Positions 56,423-64,000 of a DNA stretch of 64,000 nucleotides are shown piece by piece (position 1 is the stretch's first letter; every line of letters starts with the position of its first letter). The notes below the pieces were generated by a model. The model searched no databases. It worked only from the letters and a program-made list of their open reading frames with translations, and had not been told where the DNA came from. This DNA comes from Eledone cirrhosa (lineage: Eukaryota), in contig OZ024740.1 of NCBI GenBank assembly GCA_964016885.1, positions 393,762,001 through 393,826,000 of the forward strand. The letters are read 5' to 3'. Made by a program: the position numbers and the translations under genes.

Positions 56423-59159
56423 ACATATCTTGAATTATAGTATCCAACATGTCCCTCTCTGTTAGGGTAGATTTAAGTAAAACCCAGCTGTTATTTCTAG
56501 TTAGTGGAATTTTCTTGTACAATTATCTTGGAGACTTGTGTTTGAGATGCGACGCCGATGAGACAACACTGTTTATCACTCGCCTATATTTTTTCTGTAG
56601 GAAGATTCAACACATGGCAAGGGAACAAATCATTAGTCAGTTTTACAAAGCAGTCTCTTCTTAAAGAGAAAAATTATCGTAACGAACAGTTCATACTTAA
56701 GCTAATTAGATCGGCTGTTTTAGAGTTAACTGACCCAATGCCTATCTGCGATAAGTTACGAACGGTCAGTTTTCCGACTGATTATCTGATATTCTGCCAA
56801 CTTAGCCAGCCTGTATTCTATACCAGTGTAGTATAGTATAAATGACGAGATATTTTAATGGAATATTTTATCCTTTCAAATGAAGTAAGGATAAAGGAAA
56901 TACAAAGTGACTGGATATATTGCTCCTGAAAAGTGTAAAAACATTCATCGATTCCTCTTTATTTCAGTCATCGATTGTTAAATATGATAATGAAGGAGAA
57001 TTAAACGCTCTCTCACACACTAGGATTTTAAAGATTGCAAATATGCAGAGGCGTTATCAAGAAATTTAATTAACAAGGGAATTTTACGTTGATCCTTAGA
57101 TTCCTGTGGTTGAAGCTTATGTATAAAATAAGCACGAACGCACATACAATCGAAGACCAAATCAATAAATTTACAAGAAAACATTTCCCTTTTCTAAACG
57201 ATGTAAAGAATAGCAATCAAAATAAAACTCTAAAGGGACAGTGACCAATTGTTATTGTAATGAGTAGGTTATTTAAAGAGCCAATTTTAAGCGTTGATTG
57301 CATAAATATTAAAGCTACAATAGCTGCTATATTTTATACTGAATCTATGCAAATAGAAACTCCTCATAATATCTGATAGCAAGTAGAAACTAGATGGGAT
57401 ATCTGAAAAGTATTCTAACAATAAAAGTTATGCATGTATCATACATGCATAACTCTTGAAGAGTAACCACGTATAGTATCACGGTAACGTGCTGAGCTAG
57501 TAGTTCTCTATTTAAACTATTGAGTGGAGGAATACAAATTCTTCAGTACTTTAGCTCTATACCACAGTCAAGATCATACTGGAATATGGCCTACATATAT
57601 GAAATATATTCTGACAATTTCATATATAATCTGAATATTTTACAAAATTTAAATTTGGCTGAAATATTTGAATCAGTAAAATGTTGATTAAATACTTTTA
57701 TATGTCGTCTATCGGTGTTCTGAATTGAAATCTTATCTGATTGAACTTTGTTGTGCCTATGTCAATTCAATAAATACCAGTATTATTCTAGAGTCGATTA
57801 AATCAACTCTATTATTTCCCTAAAACATTTTCCCTGCGCCTAATCAATCGAAAGAATTATATGATGAAATTAAAACCCAAACTGGTTTTGTCATAAAAGT
57901 TTTTCTTCTAAATAGGTGAGAGGGATGAAATGTCTCACACCATTTATATGAACATTTTCACTTCACAATTTATAAATATTTGTTGTTATACACAGCTCCT
58001 ACCAATAGCGGTCGAATATATTTGTGAGAAAATTGCTACGTTGTTATCAAGCCAAACAAATTCTCAAGTTTCTCTGGTTATCTGATTTCAAATTAACTCT
58101 AAATTAACCAAAAATTGACGTAAAGGGTAGGGTTGCTTGAAATCTGATTAAAATTGATGTCAATCAAGATCAATAAAACTACAAATAGATAATTATATCG
58201 TTATTGGGTACTGTTTTCAATATCCTTCCTTCTAGAAGCGGGGAAAAAGGTAAGTCGATATTGACTTAACTCAGCTTAAAGTCTTAAATTTGCCACTTTA
58301 TCGACTAACCAGTAAATTCTGATGAAACTCTGCTATCATACCACCCTGAGATGTTATTTTCTTACGCTTCTTTTTATTTATTGACTGATAAGGACGGTAT
58401 TGACTAAATTCGTATTGGAAGCTGGTTACAAATCTCAGAAAAATATAATCGATGTTCCGTGTATCAATTTTATATGATATATCTAACACAAGTGTGATAG
58501 TGTTAATTATTTAATTTGTCCATATCAGTTGTGTCTACCAGAAAGTCATTAGCTCCCTCGACTTAGGAGAGTGTTTAGTCCACTACAAGCCAAAGAAACG
58601 CCCGTAAATCATGCAGTTATTTCACAGTTTAAAGAGCGATAAGTATCACTTTCGTATCTTATTTATAGTTATAGTATAGCACCGTTGATAGGATAAAAAT
58701 CGTAGATCCAAGGTTTGTCAGTCCAGCACCCCCATGATATCCGCCAGTATCAGTTTTTTCCCTTCTCTATGCATTTCTCTCATCTTGAGGTTAAGCTGTT
58801 TTAGTTTATATAACGAACAACATGTTTTACGTTAACACTTGTCCCCAGATTAACTGGAGAGTATATGGTTAATTGAATCGACCACAGTACTGATAGAAAT
58901 AGCAGTCAAATCTCCCTCAAATCACACCTACCGACTTACAAGGAAAACAAGAATATACTGGACAATGTAGGCCTAGCTTAGTAAAAGGACGAAACTATCA
59001 CAACTGGAATATTTTAAATCATACCTCAGCTTGATTCGGTCTGATCTAGAACTAATCAACAACAAAAAATGCTACTCATTTTATTGAGTCTTTAGGAATG
59101 AAAGCTAAAGTCGGTATTTGAACTCAGAACGTAACAGTTCGTATCAGTTCATATCTAAA

Positions 59160-59540
59160 TAATGATTTCTTATATAGGCACAAGGCCAGCAATTCTGGGG
59201 GAGAGGAAAATCGATTAAAATCGACCCCAGTCCGTGACTGGTACTTTATTTTATCGACCCTGTAAGGATGAAAGGCAAAGTTAACCTCGGCGGGATTTGA
59301 ACTCAGATCATAAAGGGCCGTAACTCTATGCTGCAAAGCATGGCGTCCCTAAATAATTGTTTCTACTCTTGGCACAAGGCCAGCAATTATCCCAGTGTAT
59401 TACTGGTACTTTATTTTATCGACCCCGTAAGGATGAAAGGCAAAGTTAACCTCGGCAGGGTTTAAACACAGACTATAAAGGGCCGTAACTCTTTGCTGCA
59501 AAGCATGGCGTCCGACCCCCTACCGATACTGCCAATCCAC
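59160..59540 (-). mobile_element. Two tandem SINE copies
   Basis: Family core twice on the minus strand. Confidence 0.9.
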
Positions 59541-60227
59541 AATGCAAATCATTTAGCACCCCCTCTCTCTCTACACACACACACATGCACACACATATAC
59601 ATGCACACACACACATGCACACACACACACATACGCCACCGTTTTGCCATCTATAATCTCCCTTAGAGTTATGATTAATACTATCTCTTTTAGACTATTC
59701 TTAAAAATGTTTCTTTTCAGTAAAACATCCCCAACCTTTATACAGTATTACAAACGAAATCTAACATTCTCACATATCGTATATTTCATAATAGATCTTT
59801 ACTGATAATCTCATTAACACTAGATCAGTTCATGTTCATGCTTCTCAAGATTCTATATCGATTCATAACTTTTATGTAATCAATCCGAATCATTTTCAGT
59901 TCCTTCCGCTTTATTTTCCTTCCGCTAATAATAAATTTGTCAATAATGAGCTGATGTTTGGGACCTTATTGTGTTTCCTTTGTTCAACTAAGTCATATCG
60001 CCTTCCAACTGCTTGCCTATATATTCTATTGGAACACCGTTCTTTTTGCTTCGAGATGTTTCCATATGTTATCTGCAATCATAGATATCATTAATTTCGC
60101 ATGATAAGCAGCGTATTTATTGGATAATAATTAATGACTACGTCTTTATTTCACTCGGCTGCTTTGAATGAGATTCGTAATTTCTCTTTCTTCTGTCATT
60201 CATAATTTACTCCTCTCTCATCAACCC

Positions 60228-60448
<221 letters not shown>

Positions 60449-61134
60449 TTCTTTTCTCTCCCTTTATCGCTTTCTTATCTTTCTCTCAATCTGCCGTTTC
60501 TCTATGTGTCTCTGTCTCTTTTTCTAGTGTATTGATGTATTACATTTACTATCAATGTTCTTTTTCTCCTCTATTATAGCAAAGTTTCGTGTCTTATTAA
60601 CAAATGATTATAAATTAGTCACAAAAGAAGGACAGAATCAGCGCGAGTCTCTATGCCTGCTAGAAATAGCTAAAGTTTCCACAAATCCCATCTTACCTTT
60701 TTAAGTAAGGAAACAAAAGCATTCTATAATGTAATTCTAGATAATCTACTCACTACATCCTCAAACCGTGTGCTCATGGCTGGTACTTTATTTTATCGAT
60801 TTCAGAAAGATGAAAGACAAAGTTAACCTTGGTGGGATTTGAATTCAGAACGTAAAGGGAGGTAAATGAATGTCGCAGGACATTTTAGCCGTTGCCATTT
60901 CTGCTGTTAGAATAATAATGATGATAATAATAGTTTCTGATCTAGGCACAAAGAGAGAGGAAATTCGATTATATCGATCCTAGTATATTGACTGCTATTA
61001 TATTTTAGCGATCCCTGTTACAGACATTACACGGGTTCACTTGCGGAATAAATGTGACAAATTTATATATAATGGATCAAAACAGCTTTGAAAAAAGGGA
61101 AAATATTAAACACTACTAAAGTAATGTCAGATAA

Positions 61135-61690
61135 GGAAATAATTGTTTCTACTTTTGGCACAAGGCCAGCAATTATCCCAGTGGTACTTTATTTTATCGA
61201 CCCCGTAAGGATGAAAGGCAAAGTTAACCTCGGCGGGATTTGAGCTCAGACTATAAAGGGCCATAACTCTTTGCTGCAAAGCATGGCGTCAGACGATCTA
61301 CCGATACTGCCAATCCACCGGGAAATAATTGTTTCTACCTTTGGCACAAGGCCAGCAATTATCCCAGTGCATTACTGGTACTTTATTTTATCGACCTCGT
61401 AAAGATGAAAGGCAAAGTTAACCTCGGCGGGATTTGAACTCAGACCGTAAAGAGACATAAGTTCAAATTCCACCGAAGTTAATCCACCGGGAAATAATTG
61501 TTTCTACTTTTATCACAAGGCCAGCAATTATCCCAGTACATTACTGGTACTTTATTTTATCGACTCCGTAAGGATGAAAGACAAAGTTAACCTCGGCGGG
61601 ATTTGAACTCAGACTATAAAGAGACGTAACTATGCTGCAAAGCATGGCGTCCGACCCTCTACCGATACTGCCAACCCACCGGAAATAATA
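61135..61690 (-). mobile_element. Three head-to-tail SINE copies
   Basis: Units of about 170-187 bp, each joined by ggaaataat. Confidence 0.92.
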
Positions 61691-61744
61691 TTAAAGAATT
61701 AGATTAGACCAACAATGATTTAAAAATATTCAGGAATTAATTAA

Positions 61745-62190
61745 TTAGATAGTACAACACAAACTCAACTAAAAGAGAAGGTTAAGGAGGAATATTATAG
61801 GCGATAGAATAATGGATAAAACAGAGCTAAATCTAAAATAAAATAAGGTAATAGATATCAATACTATAGTTGTTACGTTAATAAGTTATAGTAACATATT
61901 CCCAATTGGATAATGGGTTAATTAATGAAAACAAGAAAAATAATGATTTCTACTTTAGGCACAAAGCCAGCAATTATCGCAGTATATTACTGGTATTTTA
62001 TTTTATCGACCTCGTAAGGATGAAAGGCAAAGTTAACCTCGGCGGGATTTGAACTCAGATCATAAAGGGCCGTAACTCTTTGCTGCAAAGCATGGCGTCC
62101 GACCCTCTACCGATACTACCAATCCACCGCCATCAAGAAAAATAATAACAGGATTTAGAACACATCACTCTAAATTCGGCACAGAAATAT
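61745..62190 (+). mobile_element. Decayed R4/Dong RT fragment interrupted by a SINE
   Basis: KEKVKEEYYRR..KTELN..INT..ISYS, a post-RT motif of this clade. Confidence 0.55.
61945..62133 (-). mobile_element. Full-length SINE with a 13-bp target-site duplication
   Basis: TSD caagaaaaataat at 61932-61944 and 62134-62146. Confidence 0.92.
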
Positions 62191-62194
62191 TATA

Positions 62195-62390
62195 AGGTGG
62201 ATTGGCAGTAAATGTAGAGGATCAGACGCCATGCTTTGCTGCATAGAGTTACGACCCTTTATCAAATCCCGCCGAGGTTAACTTTGCCTTTCATCCTTAT
62301 GGGGTCGATAAAATGAAGTACCAGTCACGCACTGGAGTCGATTTAATCGACTTTCCCCTCCCCCCAAATTGCTGGCATTGTGCCTACATA
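62195..62390 (+). mobile_element. SINE copy, divergent in orientation to the previous one
   Basis: ggtggattggcagt head and family core; B-box partly deleted. Confidence 0.88.
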
Positions 62391-63054
62391 AGAGACCATT
62401 ATATTTACAAAGAATACAAGGATACAGGGATCTTCTGTAACTTATTAAAATGTATCTAGTGTAGGGCAATAAAAACACCTGGTATAAAAACATCGGAAAG
62501 TTGAACAAAACACTAAACTCTTTTCTCCCTTCCAAAGTCTGTAAAGGGCGGTTTTTGTCTCGAATGACATATCTTCAAGTTTACCTTTTCAATTCAACTA
62601 TAACACGAAATCAAAAACACAGTTGAAATGTTTAAGTGTTAACGCTGCTAACAGTATTATATATTGACCCAGATTGGAGACCTAATTCTTTCTAATTTTA
62701 GCACAAAGCTATCAACTTTGGGGAAAGCCAAAGTCGATTACATCGACCCCCAGTCCTGGACTAGTACTTTATTTTATCGATCCTGGAAGCATGAAAGGCA
62801 GAGTTGATCTCGGCGAAATTTGAACAAAGAATGTAAAGAGCCGGAACAAATACCAGAAAGGAAATATGTCCGATGATCTACCAATTCTACAAATCCACTA
62901 TTCTGAAGACATCAGAATGTTTTATCACGAAGCAATATTATGAAGATCTATAAATTTAGGTATCAAAATAGGAATTAGGACATTTATAAGATGTGGACTT
63001 TTTATGGGTCCTACTAGTTATTAATTTATTTTATTAAAATTCGTGGTCACGCCT

Positions 63055-63105
63055 CTTTCTTCTTCTTCTTCTTCTTCTTCTTCTTCTTCTTCTTCTTCTT
63101 CTTCT

Positions 63106-63151
<46 letters not shown>
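63055..63151. repeat. (TCT)n microsatellite
   Basis: Direct reading. Confidence 0.98.
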
Positions 63152-63443
63152 TAATACTTGGCATGCTGGTTATATCATTAGTTATATCAGAGATCAATTC
63201 CAACTGCTGGGATCAACTTTGTCTGAAGAAGGATACCTGGAATTACCCGGGAAATAAAGCACTAAATTGGTAACCAATTTTTTAAATAAGAAACATTTTA
63301 ATTACGCTTGAATATATTTCTTTAAACACATTGATTATTTTTGCTTATAGAGATAATAGGATATTTTACTCCCTAAAATTATACTTTCAAATCAGTAACC
63401 CACTTTAGAAGAAAATAACACACACACACACATACACACACAC

Positions 63444-63529
<86 letters not shown>

Positions 63530-64000
63530 CTACGCACATATATCTTTTAACCTTTAAAAAAGAGGAAGTTTATAAATAAAATTATCAGTCAAGTGCTGGA
63601 GTCAATTAAATCGACTCCCCACAACCAAGACAATGTGTGGCCTTTACATCAAAGTTGACAAAATACATAACACTACTATACACATATGGTTTAGAATGAA
63701 TAAACCTGTCTGAGAGTGAGTGTTTTATAACTATGCTACATTTATTTGTAACATGACAATAGTTTGAAGATGAATTTGTTCTTGTTTTTTAACCCCGAGT
63801 AACAGGTCTCGGAGGTCTTCCGAAGGTGATAGGTGCGATCTATTCTTCTCGGCCAAACCTTGATCAATCTGATCTATGATAAAATAATGATCCAACGTTT
63901 GTAATTACATTTTTTTTTTTTTTCAGGTATAAAGTGCACCAAGACTATATTGTATATATGTGTGTATAAAGACTATGCTGCATTCTTCAGTTTCGAAATG

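Noticed and set aside
63905-64000. Strong polypyrimidine-CAG acceptor at about 63928
   Set aside because: Could start a host exon, but it lies at the window edge with no further support

Overview
AT-rich, extremely microsatellite-dense eukaryotic non-coding DNA with no host gene I can support. The repeat inventory suggests a cephalopod, probably Octopus (inference). The window is a mosaic of mobile elements: Penelope-like elements (PLEs; a Naiad-type RT/GIY-YIG remnant at 10.3-11.7 kb and a decayed Neptune-like copy at 32-33.9 kb), a near-complete but disrupted Tx1/L1 ORF2 (52.7-56.2 kb), R4/Dong, Hero and RTE fragments, an internally deleted mariner, a hAT MITE, about 20 tRNA-derived SINE copies and two (ATGT)n-linked arrays of an RTE-derived non-autonomous element. 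The most striking signal is 11 type-I hammerhead ribozyme (HHR) motifs from about 10 unrelated sequence families. Each points towards a (TA)n/(CA)n tract 40-270 bp downstream, many sit in long fold-back inverted duplications, and several inversion or truncation junctions fall inside the ribozyme itself. All structures were folded by eye and need computational confirmation.
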